The translations under genes were made by a program, and so were the position numbers. From positions 4,206,335 to 4,270,334 of the forward strand of contig NW_002060947.1 in assembly GCF_000150275.1 (NCBI RefSeq): 64,000 nucleotides of DNA. The letters are read 5' to 3'. Positions 15,400 through 29,680 of the stretch are shown here, piece by piece. The notes below the pieces were generated by a model. That model was not told the origin of the DNA. It did not search any database and saw nothing but the letters and a program-made list of their open reading frames with translations. This DNA comes from Trichoplax adhaerens. Its lineage: Eukaryota; Animalia; Placozoa. The number at the start of each line of letters is the position of its first letter. The stretch's first letter is position 1.

Positions 15400-16190
15400 C
15401 TCGATGTGTGGCCATTTTGCGACTTGCTGGCGCAGACAGCTGGACATCAAGACAAGATTTGACCTTGAGGCACGATTGGCGATTTTCTTTTCATTTGGCT
15501 ACAGTACAATACACTGTGTTTGGTAGTCTTGGACTGTAGTAGAGGTACTGTACACTGTACAAGGCTCACGTACACTCTACTACTTGCAGTACTGTATTGG
15601 AATACGATCGTTTCTAGTGTAATCCCTAGAGTTCTATCGGGGGTACGCGTAGTGATATAGTGTCTAGTATGGCATGCTCAAGGGCAGCCTACAGCCATTT
15701 CTAATACTGTCCACGTTGTCATGTCGGCTTGCCTATACTGTAAACTCTGTCCATAGCGAATGTATGCGTAGTTAAACTAAATTCGCCTACAGTGCAGAGG
15801 ATAGCCTATTCCTATACGAAAACCCGAAGCCAAACTTGTCGTCTATACTCGTTCTAGGCTGAAATAGTCTACCATGAGATAGTACCCTATGGAGAGTCCA
15901 GCGCTGACTATCCCGGCCAGAAACCATCCGTTGCTCCAGCTTGGAGATGGCTGCTGCTGTGGAGATTTGCACTGCAAATTGAGACGATTAATCTACTCAT
16001 CGACGAGCTTGGTTGGCAATTGATTGCTTTTTAAAGCTTCTTAAGACAGAATTGGAACTGATTGTGTTGCTCAATACAACTTGTACTCAAACTACGTTGT
16101 TCAGATCAATGTAGAATAGAGTGTTAGCGTTGATGTTGCGCGTATTCTTGCTGATCAATAACGATCCAATGTGTTGACTACAAGATCAAC
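15400..16190. promoter_or_regulatory. Putative divergent promoter region for FAAP100-like and TMEM39
   Basis: Relatively GC-rich island between divergent genes, with a TACTGTA/TACAGTA cluster at ~15500-15600 resembling the UFL1/TFG intergenic region. Confidence 0.45.
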
Positions 16191-16191
16191 T

Positions 16192-19100
16192 ATGCCTTCT
16201 AAACATCGACCATATCGACATAATCATGCTCCATTCAGCAGTAATGGCAAGCAATCCCATCGTAAATCGACTATACAACCTGATCGGTGTACCGATGAAA
16301 GAAATCACCAGAAGCAACCATCGGATAATGTTGAAATTCAATCATTGATAACGTAAGTTATTGCCATCGTATTGCTCCATTTCTTCTTCCTTGATCTTGT
16401 CATCCACCTTGACGATGGCCGATGATCAGTCCTACAATCCAATCCTTCACATTATTCGACGTTACGATTGGAAAGATTGCCTACGATATAGATTCTTCAT
16501 AAATGATCATAATAGCATTTGGATAGTTGGATAGATTATACTGTAGGCTATCTTTTCATGTTGTTTTTTATCCTTCTTGCCTCTCGGACATGTTGAATTT
16601 GGATGACTATTTCGTCCAGCAACCAAAAAAGAATCCAATTATAATCAATCTGTACTATAAACGTCCCCATTGCGTCTACACAACACAGACGTCAATTCAT
16701 TTCATCCTTGCCTATGCCTAGAAACCTATTAAATACTATGTATACTGTCAATAGTATCGTTTGGTAGGGTCAAAGTTTTGGGGGGATTGCCATTGATTCA
16801 TCTCAAGTTGTTAGCCAACAACTTACAGTACTGTAGTCGCCAACACAGAATTTCTTTCGCCTCGGCTTGACTGCAATCATGGATTACAGTCACTAGTAAT
16901 CAGGATCAATGATGATGGCTATGATCTGCACTTAATGCCAAATGTTTCTATACTTGTATTTTTGCCTAGGCTTACTGGATTATTACTGTCCATACCATTA
17001 GAGGAGTAAAACATTTTTTATACACTCTTCAGCTATCCCCCAACGCATACCTCACAACCCAGTCGCGAATGATTTCCTCCCTCTACCAAACTTTCACCAT
17101 CATATTTTGGGAAATACAGTAATGACTCTGATCCGTTCAATCGATAGCAAATGTCCAACACTTCTACACTGAATAGATTTATTTTACGCGCATTTTCACC
17201 AATTAGTTCTACGCGTCCACTCGATTTCATCACTGAAAGATTTTACAGCCTCATATTTGATGCATCCCAATCGATAGTGGATCATGCTGTTGCCAACAAA
17301 TCTTTTCTTTCATCTGCGCCTCTACTTCCAAATAAGAATTCATTCCATCGCTGGACATCATCGTCAATACTTCTGTTTTATTGACATTATAGTACTATAA
17401 GCAACACGTCAAAGACATCCTTGTCCCTTTTTCTTTTACCAAGCTCCTGTCGTACGGGCTTTTGCGAACTTAGCAAATGATGCCATCTGCAGACTTTGCA
17501 TATCTTAACTTATCTCATACAGTTCTTATTTTACAAGCGATAGAAAACATTTCCGATCGCACAAATGTAGTGGATTATTATCACTGCCTGAACTCTTGAT
17601 CGATGAAAATCATCAGCCTTCAATCCCGTTATCAATAATGGTGTTTATCACGTAGGATAAGACATGCTTCCTTCGATCTAAGCGTGGAGATAGCTGTCTA
17701 GTTTTATTAGGTATCAATAGATATGATATGCAGGTTATCTCGACGTTCATTTGTAATACTGTATTTCTTAATAAAACATCCTGTGATGATTATACCCTAT
17801 GTTGCTAACTAATCCACACAACTGTACTACCAGTCAATTTTCGATTCTCTATATCAATTTGAAAAGTCGCAGTAGAACATTTTATTTCAATGGCCGTTAA
17901 GCATAAAGATTATACTGTCAAATAGCCGAGATACGATTCTATTCAAGTCGGTTGCCATAATAACCACACGATATCTAAAATGATTGAATGGACGCGTATT
18001 TTATGGAAATGAGTTATTAATATGAAATTAAAATCAACCATCTTTAGGGAATAGGCCTTCCGGTTCAAGTAAAATAATTACATGAATGAGAAAGAAATAA
18101 CCCTTCTTTAGTATTTATCGACATGAGATTATTTTCTATTATGATTAATGTCTAATTTTAGATTTCGATCACTCCAGTTGGAGTTTGTTGTTTATTATTT
18201 ATGCTTTAGTTGCTGTATCAAAAAAACTAAGGTAACGATATAGATACATAATCATCCCTCTCTATCTGATTAAATGTAGTGGTGAAATGGATGTCAATAA
18301 TGGAAATCCACCCTTAGTCAACAAGCCTAATAGCAGTCAGGATGGAGACAACACCTCCATTCGATTTGCAACAATCGAAGCTATTAAACATCAACCGGTC
18401 TCTCTTGGTAGCCAGCTATCATCGGTACTATTTGAAATATCGCTTCTTCTTTACCAAATCCTTGCATTTTATCTGCAATGCTGCGTCATTTATCAAAGTG
18501 TAAGTACATCATGACAAAGTGGAATAGAAATCTTTCGTAATTGTGTAGTCCTGTTATGATACTAATCATATAATAGTGAATAGCTTGAAGACAGTATGAA
18601 ATAATTATGATATTTGAATGCCGTATTACAGTAGAACTTAGGCTACCGTGTAGACAAAATGGCAGACAATCTATAGAGATTGATATTGTACTCTCGACTA
18701 CATTAATAATGATGTATTGTCTACGTTATTGTTTACCCTGAATAGAAAAGCGTAAATAGTACCAAATATGCGATGATGATTTATGGATCGTTGCAAGATA
18801 GAATAGGATAGTATGATAGCTCTATTTCTGAATGATCGTAAATTCAAACCCTTTAGTTTTACAATATCAGCATTGGATGATACAGTATTGGTCACAGTTT
18901 CAGGATGGAATGGATCCGTACGATTAAGCTTATTTACAATCGCAGTAAATTCAATTTCTTCCATAGTAAACTCTCATTATGGAATGATGCCACCGATAGT
19001 TTCAAGGAGAATAAAAAATAAGACGATGACACTAATTTGCAACTATAGTAAATTAGATTTCTTGGATAGTAAAATATCAGCATTGGATCATATTATTACC

Positions 19101-21963
19101 GATAGTTGCAAGGTAAAATAAGACCATGCGATAATACTGATTTTGAAATGTAGCAAATTGAAATCCTTTGATATGTACAATAACAAGATTTGAAGGTAGA
19201 AGGTAGAATAGGAGAGTGCGATGATGCTGATTTAAAATCACAGCAAATACAATTTCTTGGACAGTAAAGTATCAGTATTAAATGATATTATCAATAGTAT
19301 CAAGATGGAATAGGATAATACAGTTACCTTTGTTTCTAAAGAGAGTAATTCAGACTTCGTATTATGAAGGTTAATTTAAGACAGAATATGACATTATCAG
19401 ATCTAGAAGAGTTTATTATGATTACTCTAATTTAATGACGGATTGAAATTCCATTATAGTAAAATAATTTTATAGCAATAGGGACATTTAGTATTAGTAA
19501 AGATAGTTTTAAGATGGAATAGGATTGCACGCTAACGTTTTAATGGTGCCAAATTGAAACTCGTTTATACTAAATTATCAGCTTTTGAGAATATTGCCAA
19601 CAATTTCAAGATACATTGAATATAAGATGATCGAATATAAATGAAGGACACTGGTAGATTACATTCGCCTTTAATCACTGTAAATTAGAAATTCCTTCCT
19701 AATAGAATATCACTATCGGCTGATATTAACAAATAATTTCAAGATCACAGAACATTTAAACTTTTCCAAAATTTACATATCAAGTGAGAATAGTGCATTT
19801 TACATCGGATTTACTAAATCCATACCCTAGGTTGACAATCTAGCCTGCCCATGATTTTTTGCCTACTATCATGTTGTGAATATGTATACTGTAGAATGTA
19901 GAACCTACTATACTTTTACTTTTATGCTAAGTTATAGCATTATAAACAATAATACAGTCTTAACACTGGATATTATTTTATTATCAGAATTTTTATTTAA
20001 TCGATCGACATTTGATGGTATTTATTGGAATATTCATTGCTAGAAGATTTCTATGGAAAATACTAAGGCTTGTACGTGAAAGAGATATAATCAATTTTTT
20101 ATATTTTCCACTCAAGATAAATTGAATCATGTTTTATTATAATCGTACCCCTTATAAGCGGTTAGAAACCAATACTAATGTACGTTATATCGTCTACTGA
20201 TATCGTGTATATTGACTCTATTACTTCAAATGTAGACAATGTTCTCAGAAGCCCAATTTTTTGCTGGATCCTTCATTATACAACTATATCGTTATTTGGT
20301 TTTACTCGTAATATCACTATTAATATGTTGGATATTTGCACATCTTTGCTTCACTCTGTCAAAAGAATGTCTATTTCTATTAATCATACCGTAAGTTTAA
20401 TACTATGTTATGCATAAAGGAGCTATTTCTTTCCCATCGTACTATATTACTTTTGCATTCGATTTCATCATTAAATTGATATTCGTACCAGTGTAACAGA
20501 TTTAGTCCTCTTTCTATTTTGAAGGGTCGCGGCGTACATCCTTGTATTTGGACTGGGCTTTGAACCCCAACATCAAATGACAAAGAGGAGCAATATTCAC
20601 CAAAGAGCTAGAATTTTTAGTCATAATTCCAACCAATGCTCAAGTTCAGACCTAGATGGAGAAAATAACATGCACATACATGATAATAATAAATTGAAAC
20701 AGTCTATTGATACTTACTACAATTATGATAGTAATGACAATAACTACAGCTGTAGACAAATTCAATTAGTACGATGCACACTTGATCCATATCTGGTTCG
20801 GCATGAAGTAGAAGTATTACATTGGGATTTTATTGATAGAATCAAACATAGTATTGCAAATTGCATTATTGCCGCTTATTATATTGGTTATTTACCAACA
20901 AAAACTGCTAAGGTGAGCAGTACTTTATTAAGGTTTACTTGTATACATATAAATTATTGGTTTAAATTGTTACATTTTAAAGTAAATTAGAGCGCTTAAT
21001 TTGATCAATTCAATTTTATGATTAGTTCATCTCAAGTCATGATAATATTTTTTTATTTTTTTAATAGACACAAATCTACTTCAGTGTATGGCATTGTTTT
21101 CTATACACAATTTTATTTTGCTTAAATTTATTCGTGGCTTTCTTGATGCAATTGTTTTCTTTACGATACTGTGATGAGTTGCATATGGCTGCTATTCATT
21201 TGGGTCAATGGAAGAGAATTAAATCTACAGATGCTAAGGATGCTCTAACGTAAGTATGCTGGCAAGGTGATTATAAGAAATTTGCTATGGCATAAGACTG
21301 TTTACTTACCTTAAGAAGAGTATTCTGTGTTGAAAAAAAGTCAATCGCTCACTTTTATGACCCATAGTTCTAGTTTAGCACAGTATAATCAAGATAATTT
21401 TTTCGTCTAAATTAGTATACCTACAGTATATAGTTGAGGAGGAATGTCATCTTTTCTGTTCATTTTTTTAGATGGTCTTCTCAAATAACGTGGCCTTGTG
21501 GAATGACAGTAATATACGGCCATAACCACTATATTTCAATTGGAATACAAAACGTAGCCATTCCGGATAGCATTTTACATTCAATATTTTATGTAAGTAT
21601 CGTATTAAATTGTGTAATTTTACATATAGTGAGAACGGTAGAAGTGATATCCTTAGGAATTACTAAATTAGAGTCTTTGTAACATGCACTTATGTAAATA
21701 ACTATATACAGTAATTGGAAATTGTCTCCTCTTTCTTTCTTGTATCGATATAGGTTCTGTTCAATACCCCTTTCAAATTTTTACAGTGGATAATAATCTT
21801 GCATGGATTATCTTTATTATATCATTTATCCCTTCTGTTAATCTCTCCGACACTAATCCAGATAGTGCTTTTGTCTATTTTGCTGTTGATTAATTACCAT
21901 ACATTTTTTGTACTCCTACGCAATTATTGGATTACAAAAGCATTACATAATGATAAACATTGA
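16192..21963 (+). CDS. TMEM39: Transmembrane protein 39 family (TMEM39A/B-like), multi-exon
   Basis: Exon 16192-16352 (MPSKHRPY...) splices in phase to 18280-18498 (VLFEISLLLYQILAFYLQCCVIYQS). Later exons: CTLDPYLVRHEVEVLHWDFIDRIK...AAYYIGYLP (~20770-20912), YCDELHMAAIHLGQW (~21068-21249), WSSQITWPCGMTV...NVAIPDSILHSIFY (~21472-21592), and last exon 21754-21963. All match TMEM39 conserved blocks. Confidence 0.9.
18790..19750. repeat. Highly decayed ~100-105 bp periodic repeat inside a TMEM39 intron
   Basis: A caagatrgaataggat-like motif occurs at ~18794, 18901, 19003, 19108, 19200, 19301, 19511 and 19607. An aaatatcagcattggat-like motif occurs at ~18862, 19072, 19267 and 19572. Confidence 0.6.
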
Positions 21964-22895
21964 GATAATAAAGACAAAATTTTGGCGATAATTAACGTAT
22001 CTATTACTGTTCGACTGGCAATCTACGTATTTTGTCTGAATATGATCTACTCGTGCGTAGTATTTCTAGAGCTCAATTTTAAGCTAAGATTTTTACTTCA
22101 TTTATGGATATTTAGCTCTACAGTATTTGTTTATATCTTTTGGAGGCTACGTATTTGAATATAGTTAGACTTGCTCTACAATTGAGTTAATGGTAATCTA
22201 TTCACGTAGCAGCATCTACTCGTATATGCGCATGTTATTCATCATAATAAGTTTTGGAAAGGCCTGTATTTCCGGCGTATTTTTGCAATCGTATCATCTA
22301 TATGAGTGCATCTATCAGATCGCTAGAATTTGATTGGTTTATGATTCGCATTGTACTGTTACCATCCTATGCTATCGAACAAAGTATTAAGTATAGTGAT
22401 GGAAAGAGAATGCAAAGGAAGAAAGCCATACCATTTGATATGCACTTTTACTGTAGCAATATGCATTGCAATTTTATTTAAGCAAGTATTCCATTATTTA
22501 TTACCGTTATGATCAATAGCCCTATAGAAGACGTCTTTATTTACTAGTAGAATACGTGTATACGTATACATGCATTTTTTCTATTCATCATGATAACCAT
22601 CAACTTGTAGCCAAGCATTGAGCAGAAATTTGCAATCTTTTAATCGATTCATTGAGACTTGCTTTCCATATCAAACTGATCGATTTGCAATTGCAGCAAT
22701 CTATAATCTTACTTTAGGAGGAGTATCCGTTTGCTGATTATGGACAGCATTAGTAACCGATAATGTTATTTCAAGATGAGTGTCTATTTGCTGATCAGTA
22801 CTGTTTACTAATTTCCATTTTATACGGAAATGTTATTAGGAGTACTTTAAATGGAGAAGTTTGTCTGTCCAATTATAATTATATTTATCCACTCC

Positions 22896-24300
22896 TGAGG
22901 ACAGTATTGCAGCCACACCTATCTGGAGCAGAGCGCCTATTTCCTATGCATACCCATAATATTGTCAGAATTAGAATGCAATCGCTAGCAACTGGCGATC
23001 ATTACTAGCTCTCCCTCTTATATTGATCCATTCCTACGGACAGTATTGCAGCCACACCACCTGGAGCAATACCTATTTCCTATGCATACCCATAATATTG
23101 TCAGAATTAGAATGCAATCGCTAGCAACTGGCGATCATTACTAGCTCTCTCTTATATTGATCCATTCCTATGGACAGTATTGCAGCCACACCATTTGGAG
23201 CAGAGTGCCTATTTCCTATGCATATCCATAATATTGTCAGAATTAGAATGCAATCGATAGCAACTGGTGATCATTACTACCTCTCTCTCTACTATAATCT
23301 GATAGGAGATGTTATTCGAGCTAGACCATAACCCATAATATTGTCAGAATTAGAATGCAATCGTTAGCAACTGGTGATCATTACTACCTCTCTCTCTACT
23401 ATAATCTCATAGGAGACGTTATTCGAGCTAGACCATAACCCATAATATTGTCAGAATTAGAATGCAATCGTTAGCAACTGGTGATCATTACTACCTCTCT
23501 CTCTACTATAATCTCATAGGAGACGTTATTCGAGCTAGACCATAACCCATAATATTGTCAGAATTAGAATGCAATCGCTAGCAACTGGCGATCATTACTA
23601 GCTCTCCCTCTTATATTGATCCATTCCTACGGACAGTATTGCAGCCACACCACCTGGAGCAATACCTATTTCCTATGCATACCCATAATATTGTCAGAAT
23701 TAGAATGCAATCGCTAGCAACTGGCGATCATTACTAGCTCTCTCTTATATTGATCCATTCCTATGGACAGTATTGCAGCCACACCATCTGGAGCAGAGTG
23801 CCTATTTCCTATGCATATCCATAATATTGTCAGAATTAGAATGCAATCGCTAGCAACTGGTGATCATTACTACCTCTCTCTCTACTATAGTCTCATAGGA
23901 GACGTTATTCGAGCTAGACCATAACCCATAATATTGTCAGAATTAGAATGCAATCGTTAGCAACTGGTGATCATTACTAGCTCTCCCTTATATTGATCCA
24001 TTCCTATGGACGGTATTGCAGCCATACCATCTGGAGCAGAGTGCCTATTTCCTATGCATACCCATGATATTGTCAGAATTAGAAAGCAAATCGCTAGCAA
24101 CTGGTGATCATTACTAGCTCTCTCTTATATTGATCCATTCCTATGGACAGTATTGCAGCCACACCTATCTGGAGCAGAGTGCCTATTTCCTATGCATACC
24201 CATAATATTGTCAGAATTAGAAAGCAAATCGCTAGCAACTGGTGATCATTACTACCTCTCTCTCTACTATAATCTCATAGGAGATGTTATTGGAGCTAGA
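22896..24300. repeat. Composite tandem array: 11 copies of a ~62-bp core alternating with two linker types (136/107 bp units)
   Basis: Core acccataatattgtcagaattagaatgcaatcgctagcaactggtgatcattacta starts at 22952, 23088, 23224, 23331, 23438, 23545, 23681, 23817, 23924, 24060 and 24198. Confidence 0.95.
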
Positions 24301-24655
24301 AGACTGCTGCCTATCTCCATCTTTCCATTTCGCTCCGTACTATTTTCACCACACCGATCTTCATTACAGGAGTCATTACGTATGGACAATATCGATAGCT
24401 TGCGATAGTATATAGCCTACACTATTAGCTGTCCGTACGTCGCCTAAGGTGATCAAGATATAATTAGGAATCTGCCGTAGTGTAGGCTATCAAGGCACTG
24501 TAAACACTATTTGAGCAAGTCGATTACACCACATAGCTATCAGGATAAAATGATGGATTCAAAAGTTCAACTTTCTTGGCCATTAGTCGATGTTTCCTTG
24601 CTAGCTGGCTAGGTTGAATAACTGCTCCAAAATGTTCTCCTAAACTCATCAAGAA

Positions 24656-27600
24656 ATGGCTGACGAACTAGAGAGATTTCGTAAAGATTGGCTGCATGAA
24701 ATCGATCAGGGAGTTGAAAAAAATAGCAAGAATTTAAAGGAATTAGGCAGTACAACATCAGAAGTTGGCTCAGCTAAATTTTCACAAAGTTTACAGGATA
24801 TTGTTGGCACCGTTTTACCCTATCGTCGCTATGAGCAATTGATCCATCAATCTTCTAGTAGTCATCAACAAGATTTATCCAGCAAGGATCAATTAGGTAA
24901 AAGGAAAGGAAAGACAGATGAAGTAATTGGTCGTAGGAAATTGCCTAAGCATGATTTTGTTAGCGCACTCATTGCAGATCTGGTAAGTATATAGTATGGA
25001 TTTCAAAGTCGGTTTTGCTCGTCGAAGCAGAGAGATTTTTTCACTCTTGCAGCTAGATGACCTAGTTGATATTCCCCACTATTTTATCCTTTAATAATGA
25101 AGAAATAACGAATCCAATCCAGTAATCAACTGTGTTATTTAGATAGGGTTTGGCTAGTGCTGATCTTCTTTTCGCGACTACAGATGTAAAAGTAAATTAG
25201 TTGCGCTCGTATCGAAATGTTTTTGTTAACTGGTTTAGCTATATAGCATGGATCTCCAGTAGTTCTGCAGGTTCACGAATATACTCGTAGTCGATCAAGG
25301 TTCCCTTCATGCTGACTAGTTTAGGTTAAGCAATGATCAATCCAATTTAATTCTATATGTGGAAAGACAAAGTTGAAAATAAACCCAATAGATGAGTATA
25401 ACAGCAAGGCACAATATAGAGCACTAGATTAGTTATTAAAAATTGCCTAACCATCACTCTCATCACTTATAAATTCGAGTACAGCAAGACATTTTTGGAC
25501 TTTACAACTGCAATAAATCAACATTCCCTTCGATACTGTATCACTTAAGAAAAAGAAAAATATAAAAGGATAAATTTTACTCGTAGCCCTACAACTAGAG
25601 AAGGTTACCATTCCTCCATTATTGCCTGGTAGTAGAAACTTTTCGATAAAATAAAAGAAAGAGGAAGAGAAGTCTCTGCTAGTGGTACTGTATTATTAAT
25701 TAATTATAATTCTTGGAGTAATGATGAATCCAACTTAGTCAGCTGGTAACCCTGAAATTATAGTACATCAACAGTCCTCCATCAGTACGTAAGCAATGAT
25801 GAATCCTATTTAATTTACCATAAAATTTTTTCTATTGCATGAATCTGTTAACTCTTTTATTGCCAATCTTGTACATGAAAGTCAACCGTACTCTTGTGGA
25901 GAGAAAATAGATTTTTTTTATTAGTACTCTCAGTCTTTATCTTCAGTCAGACTTATAAAGTCAATTCTAGCTCTTAAAGCTGCAAGGTAATCTGACCTAA
26001 AAGTCGATAATACTAAAATGCAAGTAATTTAGATTCCCACAGTAAACAAATCAAACTGCAGGTTGGTGTTTTTACGCAGGCTTTAGATTTGTGATAGGAG
26101 CTCTTAAAATTAACCAATCGAAAAAATTTCTCCTAACACAGTATTCCCATTACTTAACCTCTTGTTATTTTTTAATTCAATCATCAACAGTTGCCATAAC
26201 CTACGTAATTCGTACTCTCGGGCTAATTATTTACAACATGACGATAAACTTTCAAAAAATTGAATATTGCATGAGTGTATTTCTCCCTAGGACTGGAATG
26301 AATGAGTAAATTTACGTGTACCCCTACACGACAATACGTTAACTTATATGCCTAATATATTTTAGGACGAGGTTTATGCTTTGCCCTTTTTTGATCTTGA
26401 ATTACCCAAAGAACTTTGCTACCAAATATTCATATATCTCAGCTATCAAGATTTATGTCATTGTAGCCAGGTAAGACATGAATAAGATTTTACCATCTAG
26501 CAATAAGTAATCCACTTGATGGGTTGCATTAGTGGTAATCATTTACAAATTGAGGTTACGTGCACGATGCATAGTGCATATATAATATTATTGGTATCTC
26601 ATATCAACCTTATTGCTATCTTAACCGTTTCTTCATCTATAAAATAGCAAATAACTCTACGGATCGATTTTAATAGGTTAGTAAAAGTTGGAGGTCTCTA
26701 GCTGATGATGACGCCTTATGGCACAACTTATGTATAAAGTTTGGATTTACTGATCAAGATAATACAAGCGAGTCAACTGAAGACCCACTAGAAGGGTAAA
26801 TACTGTTGCTATTAACCAGTATACAGTACTAAAACAGAAACAGCTGTAAAATGACCAGATAAAATAGTTCCAATTAAAAATTTAATCAAGTACGCTAAAA
26901 GAAAAGATTATTCAAATTTTTGCTTGTTCATTTCAATATACTAAAACTAAAATATTCATTTATCCTAAAACAAAAATACACGCAGTTCATCTACATTTGA
27001 AGGCAGCTACTGGAAATCGATTATGCGAAAGAATATTACTTCTCAACGAAGACTCAGGAAACATTGGAGGGTAACTGCTAATATTGTAACAAAGTAATTA
27101 TTACCATTATAAATAACAGATGGGGTAAATTTACAGGAACGAATATGCAAAGTCCAAGAATTTGAAAATACTCTTGGAGGCGTTTTATGTTCAGTGGCAT
27201 TATCCGACAATCATCTATTAGCAGGGTAAAATCACGACTTTATGTCATAATATATTTTCTGTAAGCTCGTAAGGAAATGAAAAGCGATTGACACAATATT
27301 TTAAATGTAGCTATGGCCTAGGTGAAGTCAAATTGTATAATATCCATGATGCAGAGTTTGTTCGTACCTTTAATCCTATTCACCCCACTTTTGACTATGA
27401 TGAAGATGGAATCATTGACAAAAGGTCTCCTGTTAATTGTGCAGCAATTAGCGGAAATTTAATTGCTACTGGACTTCGATATGGTACTTTCTAAATAAAT
27501 AATTTAATGTGGCATTCCTAATTACAGGCAAATTGTAATGATTGATTATTTGACTGATTCTATGTATTAAATACATTCTTCAGGTAGTGTAGATATATGG

Positions 27601-29333
27601 CATATTGACTACGGTCCAACGCCAATTCATCATTATAAATTAGAAGATTCTGTAAGTAATATAGCAATCGAGACTGAAAGGGACTTAGTAGTTGCTAGCT
27701 CAAGCAATAATTCCGTAAGAGCCGATATTTCAGACATGAACGGCCAATGGCAACTAGCAACTTCGTTTGATTTGTCTCATAATGTAAGTTGCAAACTGTA
27801 GTAAAACCTTGATATTATTTTATGATTGATACAATGATGGATAGCTCATGTTTATAAAATTTCAACTAAAATGATACTCTCATTTATTGTATTCATTGTA
27901 ACGTTTACACCTTTCCACTATAAATCTTTCTAGATTACCAATTTAAAAATATCCGGTAATAAAGATGGCCTCCCAATAGTCGTTGCATCTTGTAAAGATG
28001 CCATTGTAATTCATGGATTCGATTCTGCAGATTCATCGATAACACTAGAAAAACTATATGGTGCTAAAATTACCAGCTTAGATGTAGCAGATGATTTTCT
28101 CGCCTGTGGTATTAGTCAACTAGGCTTCGAAATTCCTTCTGAGGCCCATAAGGTAATGGATAGACAACTATTTTGACATAATAAAGCCAGGGCTTATAAG
28201 TAATATCCTGCGGCATCATATCAAAAGCATTTTCAAGTTTAGTGAACTTTTCCTCAATGTATAATAACAGTTGTAACTTTTGACTTACACATAGCTCAAA
28301 ATATTTTCCCTCCATACTGGAAAAATAACAAGTGTATTAAAGGGACACTTTGGAGATATCACATGTATAAACGTTTCAGAATATAAATCAAATTCGATCA
28401 TCACTGGTTCTTCCGACTGCAAGTAGGCTATCCTCTCATTTCACTGGCCATAGAAATTGTTACAATCTTACATCGTTATAACACTAACGCTATAAGTTTA
28501 TATTAAATACAGAAAAATGTTTGCGCTTCTATTTCTATTTAACAGGGTTCGAATATACGATCTTCGCTCTGAAAAGCCTGTCAATACTTTTCGGGGTAGT
28601 AGATCAAAAATTAATACTGTACAATCAGACGATGTAAAAGCCGTAAGCGGTTGGTAAGTTAACTATTTTCTGAATAACCTGTCGGTTTGATTATAAATAT
28701 ATATATAATTATTGATCATTTTTTGCGTGCACATAACTCACTCATTAATTTTGTACCAATTTTTGTAGTGAAAACGGTAAAGTATCAGTATGGGATAGGC
28801 GAATGTCTGCTTTATTATGGGAAACTTCATTCTCGTATGATAATAATAGGCATAATAATCGTCTTATAACCAAATACACATATATTTGATATGTTATTAT
28901 TTCAACGTGTTAATACTTGGTCCTTTTCATAATTTAGATTCCCTATAAAATATTGTCACTTTAATACCTCATGCCTAGTTTTCGCTAATATTCCTGAAGA
29001 AGAATGTCAAGCTGAATCACCAATTGATGATATTGTATGGAATAGGAGGTTAGTAGGTGGTATGTAAACCCCGTTGTAGTTTTGGAATAATATTCTCTGG
29101 CTTAAAATTGTTAATTCTTAATTATTTGGAGTCACTCGGTGAATAGTTAATCCAGTTTAAGCTAAGATCATTTATTTTTCAGAAACAGAGGTAGACTAAG
29201 GTTACTCGATTTTTCGTCTGACGAGTATCAACCAGAGGAGATTGGTTTACCTTCCATCTGCTCATCTAAATACGATGAACCAATAGGATACAATTACAAT
29301 ATTCATTTGATGACACCATATGATCAAATCTGA
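24656..29333 (+). CDS. FBXW8: F-box/WD40-repeat protein, FBXW8-like, multi-exon
   Basis: N-terminus MADELERFRKDWLHEI. FVSALIADL|DEVYALPFFDLELPKELCYQIFIYLSYQDLCHCSQ|VSKSWRSLADDDALW (exons ~24656-24982, 26366-26470, 26677-26794) matches the FBXW8 LIRDL..VPFFDIQLP F-box. WD40 exons span 27136-28833. The C-terminus YNYNIHLMTPYDQI* ends at 29333. Confidence 0.85.
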
Positions 29334-29680
29334 AAAAGTTGCTTATTAGTTCTCTCATACGAAAGATTGAAAAGAGCTATTCCTACGTTGATATACAACG
29401 ACTCTTTTCGAGCAAATTATCCTTCGGGCATGGAATTAAAGCCAATAACCTTGTAAATTTTATTGCAATATCTTAGAAATCCTTACATTAGCTACATTTG
29501 TTGTAAAATTATACGACTGCAGCTTTATTATGTAAGCCATATGAAAAGTGTATTGTATAAAGAACGACTTTGATGTAAAAACGAATTAAGCCTGCTAAAA
29601 TAATGTATTATATGCTGCAAACAAGAATTTGCTACAATACTAGTTTTAATTATTTTAACTCATTTCACTTCACTATCACA

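Noticed and set aside
22896-24300. CRISPR array
   Set aside because: The context is eukaryotic, the core is too long, the 'spacers' are only two recurring sequences, and there are no cas genes.
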